Part shown: in pieces, positions 25,440 to 35,776 of the stretch | How the letters are laid out: every line of letters begins with the position of its first letter | How positions within the stretch are numbered: position 1 is the first letter of the stretch | Virus record (IMG/VR): IMGVR_UViG_3300034044_000040 | Span: 21,341-85,340 of that record | DNA length: 64,000 nucleotides | Direction: 5' to 3' (one strand) | From: a virus | Notes under the pieces: model-generated | Database searches by the model: none | What the model saw: only the letters and a program-made list of their open reading frames with translations | Told to the model about the DNA's origin: nothing | Translations under genes and position numbers: made by a program

Positions 25440-28321
25440 CTATTTCAACAACCATAGCAACCCCACTTTTCGGGGGTGACGCGCATGACCGCGAGATTGA
25501 GCAAGTCCAAAAAGAATGGGGACATCCACAGCGTGGCAACGCAGATGCACCAATTTTGGTTCTTTGTGATGCACCCAGCATAGTGGCTGCACGCCAGTCA
25601 CTCCCGATGGAAATGCCGCTCCACAAGATGTGGGCACAGATGGCACTTGAGCACGGGTTCCAACAGGAGGATTTCTATTTCATCGGGCTGTGCCCACCAA
25701 TTCCTAAGTCAGTTGGAAAATCCAAAAAGAAGGAATGGGATTTTATCAAGCCCTACGCGCGTGAGGTGCGAAGGATAATTGATCACATGAACCCCAAACT
25801 CATCATCGCCACGGGGAACAATGCGCTGCGTGCCCTCGCCGGTAAATCCATGGCAATCACGAAAAGTCGCGGCATGTTTCACGACCTGTCTGATGCCCAC
25901 CTTTACAAACTAGGTGCTGACGGCGAGATCATGTCACCTCGGGAAGTGGATATACCGGGCGTTTCCGCCCCCGTGTTCCCGATGCTGTCACCCAAACTGG
26001 TTTCCATACAACCGGATTACCGCCCGATCATGGATGCAGACTTAGGCACCCTGAGCCGGGTCAAACGAGGTGATTGGGATGTGGCAACCCTTGCCGATAT
26101 CCCCACGGATTATCGGTGGGTAACAGACTTGCAATTTCTGCTCGATAACCCGCCGACGGCGATTGCATGGGACACAGAGACAACAGGTCTCAATCCCCTA
26201 GCGGAGGATTTCCGGGTCATCACGGTTCAGCTTACGGTGAAAAGCGGGCAGACATTCCTGTGCCGTGTGTGTGCAGATTATTTTCCTGAGAAATTTCCAG
26301 ATCAAACAGAAGCGGATATCCTGCGCCTGCGTGGCCAGCTGAAACAGCTCATGGAAAACCCGTTCATAAAGAAAATAGGGCAGGGTGCGAAATACGATTT
26401 CAAGGTCATGCGCTCCATGGGGATAGAAGTTTGCGGCTGGGAATGGGACACCGAGTTGATGGCCCGGTTCGTGAATGAAAATTTCATGACCTACAGTCTG
26501 GACGATCTGATCCGGATATACGTGCCCGCGATGGCAGGATATGCGGATCACTTCAATGAAACCGTGGATAAATCGAACATGATGGCCGTCCCTCCGGAAA
26601 CGGAATACGACGCCAGCGGAAGGATCGTCAGGGCCGGAATGCGGGAATATGCTGGTGGAGATAGTGACGCTACCTTCAGGCTGGCACAGGCGCTGAAGCC
26701 GATGCTCATGAAGGACAAGGGAAACCTTCACGTCATGCGTAAGGTTCACATGCGCGGGCTGCTCGCCTTCACGAAAGTGACGGAGACCTACGGGTTCACT
26801 TTCGACACAGCCGCACTTCAGATTTTCCGCGCAGACTTGGAGGAATTCGTTGCCACGGAGACACGCGCGCTTGTCCGCATGGTGCCAGCAAAAGTCCGCA
26901 GGAAGTATCTCGGGGACAAACAAGGTTTCAAGTTTTCAAGAGCGGATTGTGTTATAGACACCCTGTTCGGATACTGGGATGAAAATGACAAATTCCATAA
27001 GGGGGACGGCTTTGGCCTGAAGCCGAAAGTGTTCACGGACGGAACCGCAGATGAGCCGCGCCGCTGCGACAGAATTCCGTCAACCTCCTCAAAAACGCAT
27101 CTGCCCTATTTCCTGACTGAAAAGGGACCGGGTGGCAGGTTCGTGGAGAGGTACATCGAACTCGCAAAAGCCACGAAAATGCTGGACACTTACGCCAAGG
27201 GGTTTGAAAAAGTCATAAAAAAAGGTGAGCAGGGTGCGCTGGACCCGGAGCCAAGGAACGTGATCCTTCCGCAGTACAATTTCAAGACGAACACCAAGAG
27301 AACCCAGTCTATTGATCCGAACGGACAGAATTTTCCGAAGCGTGGTAAATTTGCGAAAGCCTTCCGGAGACTGATAATTGCACCACCGGGTAAAATGCTG
27401 ATCGCCTCGGACCTCAGCCAAGCGGAATTGCGTATCGCCGCGTGGATGGCAAACGAACCGACCATGCTGCAAATCTATCGGGACGGTCTTGATATTCACG
27501 TTGCCACGGCAGCACTCGTGTTGCGCATGACCATTGAGCAATTCATGGGGCAGGACAGGGCATTTTTCAAAAAACATCGCCAGAACGCCAAGCCAACGAA
27601 TTTCGGATACATCTACGGGGCCATGGCACCCACTTTCGTGCAGGTCGCAAAAACGGAGTATGGTGTGGACTTCACGCTTGCGGAAGCAGAAGAGATCAGG
27701 GACGTCTTTTTCTCAACGTATAGCGGTTTGGAGGAATGGCACCGGGCAACGAAAGAATTCGTTCACGCCAACGGTTACGTGAAATCACTCCACGGGTTGA
27801 CCCGCCACCTCCCATCCATATGGTCTGAAGATTGGAAGGTCATGTCAGGCGCAGAACGCAACGCGATAAACAGCCCGGTGCAGAATTTTGGCTCAGACTT
27901 GGGGGTCATGGCACTGACGCGACTGGCAGCACAGGCAGACCCAAATCTGATCCGGCCCGTAGGGTTTATCCATGACCAGCTGATCGCAGAGGTTGATGAG
28001 AACTATTACATCGAAGGCATGGGGTGGTTGAAATGGATAATGGAAAATCCGCCGCTTGAAGAATTTTTCGGTCTCACTCCACCATTGCCGATTATCTCTG
28101 ATCCTGAGTGGGGCAGAAACTTGGCAGACAGCACGGAACTCGGGGACGCTGAACAATCCATGAAGGACGCAGTTGCAGAACACGTCGCACGCCCGCCGTG
28201 GTGGGATCGTGATGAAGAAGCGGTATGGGATCGGTTCATGGCCAACAACGACGTTCCGGACTATACGGTTCGCGATGTAACTGGGGCCATGCGGCGTCAA
28301 CACCTCGTGCTCACATCGTAA
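25436..28321 (+). CDS. polA: Family A DNA polymerase with N-terminal UDG-like and 3'-5' exonuclease domains
   Basis: WDTETTGL exonuclease; DLSQAELR (motif A), RQNAKPTNFGYIYG (B), IHD (C); N-terminal GNADAPILVLCDAPS. Confidence 0.92.
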   Translation: MTISTTIATPLFGGDAHDREIEQVQKEWGHPQRGNADAPILVLCDAPSIVAARQSLPMEMPLHKMWAQMALEHGFQQEDFYFIGLCPPIPKSVGKSKKKEWDFIKPYAREVRRIIDHMNPKLIIATGNNALRALAGKSMAITKSRGMFHDLSDAHLYKLGADGEIMSPREVDIPGVSAPVFPMLSPKLVSIQPDYRPIMDADLGTLSRVKRGDWDVATLADIPTDYRWVTDLQFLLDNPPTAIAWDTETTGLNPLAEDFRVITVQLTVKSGQTFLCRVCADYFPEKFPDQTEADILRLRGQLKQLMENPFIKKIGQGAKYDFKVMRSMGIEVCGWEWDTELMARFVNENFMTYSLDDLIRIYVPAMAGYADHFNETVDKSNMMAVPPETEYDASGRIVRAGMREYAGGDSDATFRLAQALKPMLMKDKGNLHVMRKVHMRGLLAFTKVTETYGFTFDTAALQIFRADLEEFVATETRALVRMVPAKVRRKYLGDKQGFKFSRADCVIDTLFGYWDENDKFHKGDGFGLKPKVFTDGTADEPRRCDRIPSTSSKTHLPYFLTEKGPGGRFVERYIELAKATKMLDTYAKGFEKVIKKGEQGALDPEPRNVILPQYNFKTNTKRTQSIDPNGQNFPKRGKFAKAFRRLIIAPPGKMLIASDLSQAELRIAAWMANEPTMLQIYRDGLDIHVATAALVLRMTIEQFMGQDRAFFKKHRQNAKPTNFGYIYGAMAPTFVQVAKTEYGVDFTLAEAEEIRDVFFSTYSGLEEWHRATKEFVHANGYVKSLHGLTRHLPSIWSEDWKVMSGAERNAINSPVQNFGSDLGVMALTRLAAQADPNLIRPVGFIHDQLIAEVDENYYIEGMGWLKWIMENPPLEEFFGLTPPLPIISDPEWGRNLADSTELGDAEQSMKDAVAEHVARPPWWDRDEEAVWDRFMANNDVPDYTVRDVTGAMRRQHLVLTS

Positions 28322-28359
28322 TTCACCTCATAATTACCGTATAAAATGGAAAATATGTG

Positions 28360-28387
28360 TTGACAATAATCGTGGGTGTGGTATCTT
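28360..28387 (+). promoter_or_regulatory. Conserved phage promoter, copy 3
   Basis: TTGACA-ataatcgtgggtgtgg-TATCTT. Confidence 0.8.
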
Positions 28388-28421
28388 GTAGTAGTCAGAT
28401 ATAACAGAGAAAGGATTTATC

Positions 28422-28871
28422 ATGACGAGAGTACCACAGGCCAGCGTCACAGTACGGTCCCGCACTCCACGCGCGATAAACGTCGCCGAGGAAGTGCCCG
28501 TTGCCACGACCGTTGACATCGCCCGCGAATTGATCGCAGATATTGTACGCGCAAACGCGGAGAAGAACCGGCAGGGACGTATTGAAGCTGCGAAGAAAAA
28601 AGAGCTTCACAGCCTGATGGCCAAGCATGGCATCGAAAACATTCGCCACGAAGTGGATAATGAATTGATCGAAGCTGTCATCGCCGCAGGCGAGAAGACT
28701 ACGATTGATGTTGCTGCACTGTATAATGCCGTCGAGCTTCCGGTTTTCCTGTCCACCGTATCGGCCACACAAGGCGCGGTGAAAGAAAAATGTGGATCAA
28801 ACGTGCTGGCGATGGTATCAACGGCGAAAGCAACTGATCCCGTGCTCAGCGTGAAAAAGGTTAAAGCCTGA
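28422..28871 (+). CDS. Hypothetical protein
   Basis: AAAGGA RBS, own promoter and downstream hairpin. Confidence 0.75.
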   Translation: MTRVPQASVTVRSRTPRAINVAEEVPVATTVDIARELIADIVRANAEKNRQGRIEAAKKKELHSLMAKHGIENIRHEVDNELIEAVIAAGEKTTIDVAALYNAVELPVFLSTVSATQGAVKEKCGSNVLAMVSTAKATDPVLSVKKVKA

Positions 28872-28937
28872 GCACCTTCATACTTGACGAGTTCGCTGGC
28901 CACCTTTCTCGTCTGACATAGTAGAACTGGCCAGCGC

Positions 28938-28976
28938 GGGGCGTCTCTGTTTCTGTCCGGAGACGCCCCATTATTT
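28938..28976 (+). terminator. Terminator-like hairpin
   Basis: GGGGCGTCTC/GAGACGCCCC stem followed by attattt. Confidence 0.6.
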
Positions 28977-28993
28977 GCAACGGGTTGCACGTA

Positions 28994-30070
28994 ATGAAAG
29001 AAAACGATCTTCGCCTCATCCTGAAACGCCTGAACATTGAAATGGGCACGCCGAACCATTCAGGGTGGGGGCACACATCCTGCCCATTTGCCCCTTGGAA
29101 GCACAAAGGTGGCGTTGACCGTTCGCAGGGGTTCGCCGTGAAGGTAGAGGATGGGGGGCTGTCAGCATTCACTTGCCCCGCCTGTAAATCACACGGTCGC
29201 ATAGACACCCTCGCAAAAGAGCTTGGGCGGCTGCGGCAGGTGGATTACACACCAGTCATAAACGACATCAATAAGATCGAAATGCTGCGCATGACAATGC
29301 TGCCACCATGGGAGCAGCGCGCCATTCAATGCAGCGTGGAAACGCTACCGGAGCCTCTGGACCCAGACGTGTACGATCCCCTTGATATCTTCGATGACAT
29401 ATCAGCACACAGCGAAGCCGTAGAATTTATGGAGCAGCGGCGTGTCAGCCAAGAGGCAGCCGACCGGGCGTGCATCCGTTTTGATCCAGACAAACGGCGC
29501 ATCGTATTTCCCGTCCGGGATCGTGAGGGGCGGCTCTATGGGTTTACCGGGAGGACCGTAATTCCAGATCACAAACCGAAGGTGCTCGATTACGCAAATC
29601 TGCCGAAACGCATGTTGATTTTGGGTGAACACACATGGAAAGCGGATAGGCAGACCCTTATTGTCGAGGGCCTGTTCGCCTATGCAAGATTTCTGACCGA
29701 GGGTGCGGATGCGATATACAATGTCGGGGCGTTGCTGGGGTCAGAGGTGACACCCGGAAAGGCAGCCATACTCCGCAAATGGGCGCGGCCCACCCACCTG
29801 ATATTGGACCCTGACCCGGCGGGTGATGCCGGTATATTCGGCAAAATGAAAAAGACAGGCAGGGTGCTATCGAACGGGGAAGAGGAAGTCCGGAGGGACG
29901 TTGAGAGCGGAGCCTTATGGATGCTGGCGGAACACATGCCCGTGTATGTGCCTGAGTATCCCGAGGGGGTTACCGATCCGGATGATCTCACCATGGAGCA
30001 GATCGTGACCATGACGACGGGGCAGTTTCCCGTGCCGAAGCCGAAGAAATTATTTTCACGTAGTACCTAG
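28994..30070 (+). CDS. DNA primase (Zn finger plus TOPRIM)
   Basis: CPFAPWKH...CPAC, IVFPVRD..G...GFTGR, IVEG, LDPDPAG, DPDD. Confidence 0.88.
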   Translation: MKENDLRLILKRLNIEMGTPNHSGWGHTSCPFAPWKHKGGVDRSQGFAVKVEDGGLSAFTCPACKSHGRIDTLAKELGRLRQVDYTPVINDINKIEMLRMTMLPPWEQRAIQCSVETLPEPLDPDVYDPLDIFDDISAHSEAVEFMEQRRVSQEAADRACIRFDPDKRRIVFPVRDREGRLYGFTGRTVIPDHKPKVLDYANLPKRMLILGEHTWKADRQTLIVEGLFAYARFLTEGADAIYNVGALLGSEVTPGKAAILRKWARPTHLILDPDPAGDAGIFGKMKKTGRVLSNGEEEVRRDVESGALWMLAEHMPVYVPEYPEGVTDPDDLTMEQIVTMTTGQFPVPKPKKLFSRST

Positions 30071-30105
30071 TATACGATTGACAAACAAACTGTGACGTAG
30101 TAGAG

Positions 30106-30444
30106 GTGGTATGTCACATCGTGCAACAGGGGATTGCATACGAAATGCTGCCAGATACATCATCAGTCGTGAAAGAAATAGCTTCCCGCCTCATGCGGGA
30201 TGGTTGCGTCACCACAATGACGAGCACCGGCAGACGCCTGTTTCTGATATCCTCACGCACTTTGAAAATGGATGAACCGGGCATATTGGTTTCCCTCGAA
30301 AAAGGGGGCTGCCATTTCTGGGATGGCAAGGAACAAATAAACCAATTTAAGCTGATATCCTCTGGCTTTGACACTGAAACCTCTGCTATATTGGCAGGTG
30401 TTCTACACGCAGTGAACGAAGAAATAGGCCACGCAGGCCGATAA
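30106..30444 (+). CDS. Hypothetical protein
   Basis: ORF filling the gap; start uncertain. Confidence 0.45.
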   Translation: MVCHIVQQGIAYEMLPDTSSVVKEIASRLMRDGCVTTMTSTGRRLFLISSRTLKMDEPGILVSLEKGGCHFWDGKEQINQFKLISSGFDTETSAILAGVLHAVNEEIGHAGR

Positions 30445-30508
30445 TATCAAAACAGGGCCATACACGCCCATCAGGACCAAAAAGTCCACGAACCTCGGAG
30501 TAATAAAA

Positions 30509-31690
30509 ATGACTATACAACCACCTCGTGCCCCACTCGGGGGAGCATCTGTTCCACAGGGTACCCGCCCTCAGCGTGACCTTTCATGGGTTAAGACAGG
30601 TCAAGCGGCACGCACCACAGGTCAAGCCGTGCAGCATGACAATGAAATTCGCCGCGAGCAGCGGCAAAAAGAATACAAATGGCCAAACAGGTTCTTTCTG
30701 AAATCCGCCCCGGATCAGAACGGTGCCGGTCACATCGGTGATATCATCATCTTGGACGCGGAACCCGGCCCTCATTATTTTGAACACATGATGCCGAACG
30801 ACAAGGGGTGGAAACAAATCCCCGTGCCTTGCGCCAAAGAGTTTGACAACTGCCCATTATGTCCGCCAAACGGCACGGATGAAAGTGCCTATGTCATGTT
30901 GTTGACGGTACTGAACCTTCAGGGGTACTGGTCAAAAAAGGAAAACCGCCAAATCCATCCGACGCGCGAATTGTTGGTGGTTAAAGTCGGTCAGCACAAT
31001 GATTTCTATCAACTCAAAGAAATGTTTGGCACCCTTCGCGGCCTTCAACTTCGCATGTTCCGGAACGGGCAGCGCTCACCCCGGATCGGCGCGATTGACG
31101 GGCTTTCTCAGATACTGGACGGCACTTTCAAACCTCAGCAGCACACGGATGAAGCCATCGTTGGTTACCTGACCCAGATGAACAAGATGGGGCCTGATAC
31201 CTATGTGAACCAACAGCGAAAAACCATCGAAAAATACCCTGCCGGTCACATGGCGCAGCCCTTTGAGTATGCAGAGTTTCTTGAGCGCCCTGATGTGGAA
31301 GCCATGCGTCAGCGGTGGGGCGGATCACCCCCGCTCGGGGCCTATGCGGGTGATGACAGCAGCCAATGGGGCAACAACGCGCCGCCAGTGGCCCAGCCAC
31401 CCGCAGGATACCCGCCTGTTGGAGCACACCCCCCAGCTGGAGCATCTGCCCCCATCCCCACGACCGTTGCCCCCACGACCATTGGGGCCTTTGCGCCTAC
31501 GCAGTCAGGAAGTATCCAGCCCACATCCGGCATACAGCCCACTACGATCCAGCCCGGTGCTCAGCCACAACAACCCGGCATACCACCCATGACAATGGCA
31601 GCGCCGGTGAGAGACCGCACACCACCGCAGACTGAGAACCCACCTGCCGTCGCATCCGCAACAATTGATGATGACGAAATACCGTTCTAG
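30509..31690 (+). CDS. Single-stranded DNA-binding protein (gp32-like, putative)
   Basis: H..C..CPLC Zn site, Pro/Gln-rich linker, acidic tail DDDEIPF. Confidence 0.7.
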   Translation: MTIQPPRAPLGGASVPQGTRPQRDLSWVKTGQAARTTGQAVQHDNEIRREQRQKEYKWPNRFFLKSAPDQNGAGHIGDIIILDAEPGPHYFEHMMPNDKGWKQIPVPCAKEFDNCPLCPPNGTDESAYVMLLTVLNLQGYWSKKENRQIHPTRELLVVKVGQHNDFYQLKEMFGTLRGLQLRMFRNGQRSPRIGAIDGLSQILDGTFKPQQHTDEAIVGYLTQMNKMGPDTYVNQQRKTIEKYPAGHMAQPFEYAEFLERPDVEAMRQRWGGSPPLGAYAGDDSSQWGNNAPPVAQPPAGYPPVGAHPPAGASAPIPTTVAPTTIGAFAPTQSGSIQPTSGIQPTTIQPGAQPQQPGIPPMTMAAPVRDRTPPQTENPPAVASATIDDDEIPF

Positions 31691-31851
31691 GGGGTAGCTC
31701 AAAGGCTGGATGACTTTTCTGTTTTCAAGACGGCCTCTAAATGTCAACGAAACCAGTGGAGGGGAGGGCGCGACACATATTTGGCATGATCAGATATACG
31801 TCACGTCCCCCCACTCCTACAGATACACCGTATTTTGCAACGGGTTGCACA

Positions 31852-33300
31852 ATGAACCAATTGATCCCACCTCACGTAGACGCCGCCACCCTTTCAGGGT
31901 GGTTTTACGTGCCGTATTCAGCACTTGGAGGTGAGCGTGGCGTGCGGGAGGAAAAGGGACTGCTCACGATAAAATCGCCATATGCTGAGGACATTGACGA
32001 ACCCATTCGCATGTACAAGGACATCCCCTCGCGCGCCCTGCTCGGTATACCCCGCGCCTATGCCTTAGAGCGGTTCCCTTGGCTGTCCTACACAGACAAG
32101 AGGACATTTGGCGAAGATATATTACCCACACCAAAACGACCTGATCCAAATCATCCAGCGGTCAAGGAACCTGAACGGCAAAAGAAATTTATACTCGCCC
32201 TGCACGACGCCGCCAGAGCACATGGAAGTTTCATGGCACAGGCCGCGACGGGTTCCGGAAAAACAGTATGCGCCCTTGACGCCGCCGCAGAAATGGGACG
32301 GAAGACACTTGTTTTGGTGCATCTTGAGCGGTTGCGGGACCAATGGCTTGACGAAATCAAGGACAAGCTCGGGGTTCCGGAGGCTCGCATCGGTATAGTG
32401 CAGGGTCCAACCTGTGAATATATCGGAAAGGATTTCGTTGTCGGGTTGATGCCTAGCCTGTCACAGCGGAAAGATTATCCACGTGACTTCTATCAGTCGT
32501 TCGGCACCGTCATTGTGGACGAGGTGCATCGCGTTGGCACTCCACTCCTCAGCAAATGCGTACCACTTTTTCCGGCATATTATCGGTGGGGTTTTTCTGC
32601 CACGATCAAGCGGCGGGATGGTATGGATAAGGTGGCGTTCAACCACATCGGACCCCTGCGGGTGACGTCAAAGGCGACCGCGCTGGCATGTTCGGTGTAC
32701 GTGAAGCGATACAAAACGCAGAGAAAACTATGGGGCAACAGCCCGATCCAGAGAGCCAAATGCCTCGCATCGGACCCTGATCGCAACGCCATGCTGGTGG
32801 ACCTTATACGCAGGAATTACGCTGTCGGAAGGAACATGCTGATCATCGGAAAATATGTGGACCACCTGCAAGACCTGATGGAGGAATGCATCAGACAAGG
32901 GGTACCACAAACAGCTTGCGGCCAATTTACCGGGGAGAAACTGCAACGGCAGTGGACCAATACGAATAACGGCTGGCGGCTGGTCACAACGAAGCGTATC
33001 AAGGTGAAGAAAGAGGAGTTTGATCACATAAAAAAACACAGTCAGCTGATCTTCGCAACCTATGGCATGTTCAAAGAAGGGATCGACGTCCCTCGTCTCG
33101 ATTGTGGAATTGACGTGTTGCCACAGAGCGAAGCCACACAGGTTATAGGCCGTATCCGCCGCCCCCTTGAGGGAAAACCGCAACCGTACTGGATCACCCC
33201 GCTGGACGTTAGCTGTCCGATTTCACGCCGCATGTTTGATAAACGGAGGGTAGATTATCACACAACCGGGTGTAGGATAGTCGAGAGCCAGAAAATTTAA
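31852..33300 (+). CDS. SF2 DEAH-box helicase (UvsW-like)
   Basis: ATGSGKT, DEVH, SAT, EGIDVPRLD, QVIGRIRR. Confidence 0.9.
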   Translation: MNQLIPPHVDAATLSGWFYVPYSALGGERGVREEKGLLTIKSPYAEDIDEPIRMYKDIPSRALLGIPRAYALERFPWLSYTDKRTFGEDILPTPKRPDPNHPAVKEPERQKKFILALHDAARAHGSFMAQAATGSGKTVCALDAAAEMGRKTLVLVHLERLRDQWLDEIKDKLGVPEARIGIVQGPTCEYIGKDFVVGLMPSLSQRKDYPRDFYQSFGTVIVDEVHRVGTPLLSKCVPLFPAYYRWGFSATIKRRDGMDKVAFNHIGPLRVTSKATALACSVYVKRYKTQRKLWGNSPIQRAKCLASDPDRNAMLVDLIRRNYAVGRNMLIIGKYVDHLQDLMEECIRQGVPQTACGQFTGEKLQRQWTNTNNGWRLVTTKRIKVKKEEFDHIKKHSQLIFATYGMFKEGIDVPRLDCGIDVLPQSEATQVIGRIRRPLEGKPQPYWITPLDVSCPISRRMFDKRRVDYHTTGCRIVESQKI

Positions 33301-33316
33301 AATATGAGAGAACACC

Positions 33317-33874
33317 ATGACCCAGAAAGATGACCGCAATAATCGCCGTGCAGACCGGTACGAAACGGATGAAATATATCGCAACAAGGCGCAGAACAGG
33401 TCGCGAGCCTCGTACCGCCAGAAAACCGGCATGTCCCTGCGCGATCCACGCGAGAACCTGAGCCATCTTGATGACTTTGGAAAGACGCGCATGACACACC
33501 TTCCGGGCGGGGACGCTTACCGGTGGGTTTTCACAAAGATGGAAGTCGCTGAGGTATTCGGCAGAACCCCGAAGATGTTCTACCGGTGGGTTAATGACGG
33601 GCGTTTCCCTGCCCCGGTGGTGACCGCGATAGACTATCCAATCACACGGGATTATAAGAACCAGATGGGTGTCAAGGTTCCTCAGACCGTGGAGGTCTAT
33701 ACCGCAGAAGAGGTTAAGGCTGCACTCCTCGTGCTGGGCCAGCATCTTTCGGAGGTCGCATACTATCGAAATGATCACGAAACGCAGCGCCGCAATCTCT
33801 ACGCTGTCATGCAGACCGCACGAAAAAGCATCGGCCTTCCTGAATTTGCCGATACGAAAGGGGGCAAAAAATGA
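33317..33874 (+). CDS. MerR/Xis-like HTH DNA-binding protein
   Basis: FTKMEVAEVFGRTPKMFYRWVNDGRFPAP...YTAEEV. Confidence 0.65.
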   Translation: MTQKDDRNNRRADRYETDEIYRNKAQNRSRASYRQKTGMSLRDPRENLSHLDDFGKTRMTHLPGGDAYRWVFTKMEVAEVFGRTPKMFYRWVNDGRFPAPVVTAIDYPITRDYKNQMGVKVPQTVEVYTAEEVKAALLVLGQHLSEVAYYRNDHETQRRNLYAVMQTARKSIGLPEFADTKGGKK

Positions 33875-34236
33875 GCGCACAAATCCGAGACAGAACCCCA
33901 CGGGCGGTGGATATCACACCATCTGAAGATGATCAGCCACTCACCGGGGTGATTGGGTACGCCATAGCCAGACGCACAGCATACGGCAATGAAGCGGAGA
34001 CCCTTGAGGAAATCAGGGTGCCGATATTTCACACCGCCCCGGCGCGGGTCCGCGTATCCGGATCAGTCACACAGAATTTGGGTGATTACAATTCAGCCCG
34101 CGTGGAGGTGTCGGTGGAAATGCCGTGCCTACCGGAAGCCACAGAGGTCCAGCGCGTGTATCACATGCTATCAGCCCAAGTGGATGAAATGTGCCGTCGT
34201 GAACTGGCGGTCGCAACCGGCCAACAAGTCTCTTGA
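33871..34236 (+). CDS. Hypothetical protein
   Basis: ATGA overlap; TQNLGDYNSARVEV motif. Confidence 0.7.
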   Translation: MSAQIRDRTPRAVDITPSEDDQPLTGVIGYAIARRTAYGNEAETLEEIRVPIFHTAPARVRVSGSVTQNLGDYNSARVEVSVEMPCLPEATEVQRVYHMLSAQVDEMCRRELAVATGQQVS

Positions 34237-34250
34237 GAAAGAAAATGAAT

Positions 34251-35381
34251 ATGACACGTGATCGCAAACCCCCGAGCGCCAGTGAAGCAACACCTGCGGA
34301 GAACTTGGTTGATGCCAGTCAGGCGTTTCTAGAGCGGGGGGAACTCGGTGCCCTCATGGGGCAGGTATCAAAGATACACGGCCCGAACGTAATCCGGGCA
34401 GCAGAATTGCGGCCCCGTTTCAAGCACATACCCACGAACGTGTTTTCCCTTGACCTCGCGCTGCACGGTGGGTTCCCGGAAGGTGCCGTATCACTGGTAT
34501 ACGGGCGGGCCGGATCGGGCAAAACCACCATTTGTATGCGGACGCTGGCTTCAGCGCAAAAGAAATATCCTGACATGGCCACGGTATTTGTCGATATTGA
34601 GGGCACCTACCAGCCCGAATGGGGGGAACGTCACGGTATCGACAACAGCCGCCTCGCCTTGATCCAGCCTGACAGCGGGGAGCAAGCGCTCGATCTTGCA
34701 GCCGCAGCAGTATCTGCAAATGAAGTGTCGTGCATAGTGGTTGACAGTCTGGCAGCCCTTACCCCCATGAAAGAACTGAACAAGTCTATGGAAGACCTGA
34801 CAGTTGGGGAGCAGGGGAAGCTGATCGCAAGATTTTGCAGGGTCACCTGCGCAAAGCTGAATTCAGAGCGTCGGCGCGGACACAGACCGGCGTTGTTGTG
34901 GATTAATCAATGGCGGCAGAAAATCGGCGTGATGTTCGGTGATCCCCGCGTCCTACCCGGTGGTGAGGCGCAGCACTATACCGCATCCACAAAAGTTGAA
35001 ATGAAAAACAAAGAGCAAATGGGCAAGGATGCTGAGGGCAATCACATCGTTGATTACAACGAACATGCCTTCAAGGTGGACAAATCGAAGATCGGCGTCG
35101 GTATCCGCGAGGGTGAATTCACCATGATACGAAACCCGGATAATCCTCTGGGCATGGGGTTCATAGATGAGGCCCGCACCGTGATAAACTGGGCACGAAA
35201 GCACGACCTGATCACTGGCGGCGGGTCATCGTGGCGGGTGAACGACGTCGATACAAAATTTGGTAGGCTTCAGGAAATCGCGGATTATTTTTATTCCGAT
35301 GATGAATTCTACGACGCTTTCAAGCAACAGCTGATCCGGGCGTATCGGGTAAAATGTGATCTGAAAGAGGAGTATCTGTGA
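34251..35381 (+). CDS. recA: RecA/UvsX-like recombinase
   Basis: SLDLALHGGFP, GRAGSGKTT, VVDSLAAL, INQWRQKIGVMFGDP..PGG. Confidence 0.9.
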   Translation: MTRDRKPPSASEATPAENLVDASQAFLERGELGALMGQVSKIHGPNVIRAAELRPRFKHIPTNVFSLDLALHGGFPEGAVSLVYGRAGSGKTTICMRTLASAQKKYPDMATVFVDIEGTYQPEWGERHGIDNSRLALIQPDSGEQALDLAAAAVSANEVSCIVVDSLAALTPMKELNKSMEDLTVGEQGKLIARFCRVTCAKLNSERRRGHRPALLWINQWRQKIGVMFGDPRVLPGGEAQHYTASTKVEMKNKEQMGKDAEGNHIVDYNEHAFKVDKSKIGVGIREGEFTMIRNPDNPLGMGFIDEARTVINWARKHDLITGGGSSWRVNDVDTKFGRLQEIADYFYSDDEFYDAFKQQLIRAYRVKCDLKEEYL

Positions 35382-35776
35382 CCTTACCAACACCAAAACG
35401 ATTGGGCGGTGGTAACCGGCAGCACGCCAGTGTCAGGCGCTCCAAAGAGCAGGAGGCCAGCACCGCTTTACGGATGGGCGGTCGGGTCACGAAGCAATCT
35501 GGGGGTGGAATTTTCGAAAAAGGTGACGTTCGGGTAAAATCGGTGGTACGGGTTGAAAGCAAGACAACGAAAAATAAATCTTTTTCGGTGACCGCGCAGA
35601 TCATTGACAAGATCGAAACACAGGCGCTGGCCTCCGGGGAGGTACCAGTCGTGGACGTGGAGATAGACAACGCGGGAACACCACGCAGCGTGTATGTTGT
35701 GCCTCAGTGGGCGCTTGATGGCATTATTCAGGAATTACAGGAATTACGAGGTAGGGATAGGGATGGGACTTCTTAA
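35378..35776 (+). CDS. PD-(D/E)xK nuclease, Hjc-like resolvase
   Basis: QE..A...GG....SGG...KGDV......VESK. Confidence 0.7.
   Translation: MTLPTPKRLGGGNRQHASVRRSKEQEASTALRMGGRVTKQSGGGIFEKGDVRVKSVVRVESKTTKNKSFSVTAQIIDKIETQALASGEVPVVDVEIDNAGTPRSVYVVPQWALDGIIQELQELRGRDRDGTS

Noticed and set aside
31689-31760. GGGGTAGCTCAA resembles a tRNA 5' end
   Set aside because: No T-loop (GTTCRA), anticodon arm or matching acceptor stem follows
33317-33874. Lysogeny module (excisionase-like HTH)
   Set aside because: No integrase, CI-like repressor or divergent promoter pair in the window; temperate lifestyle unsupported, though the rest of the genome is unseen
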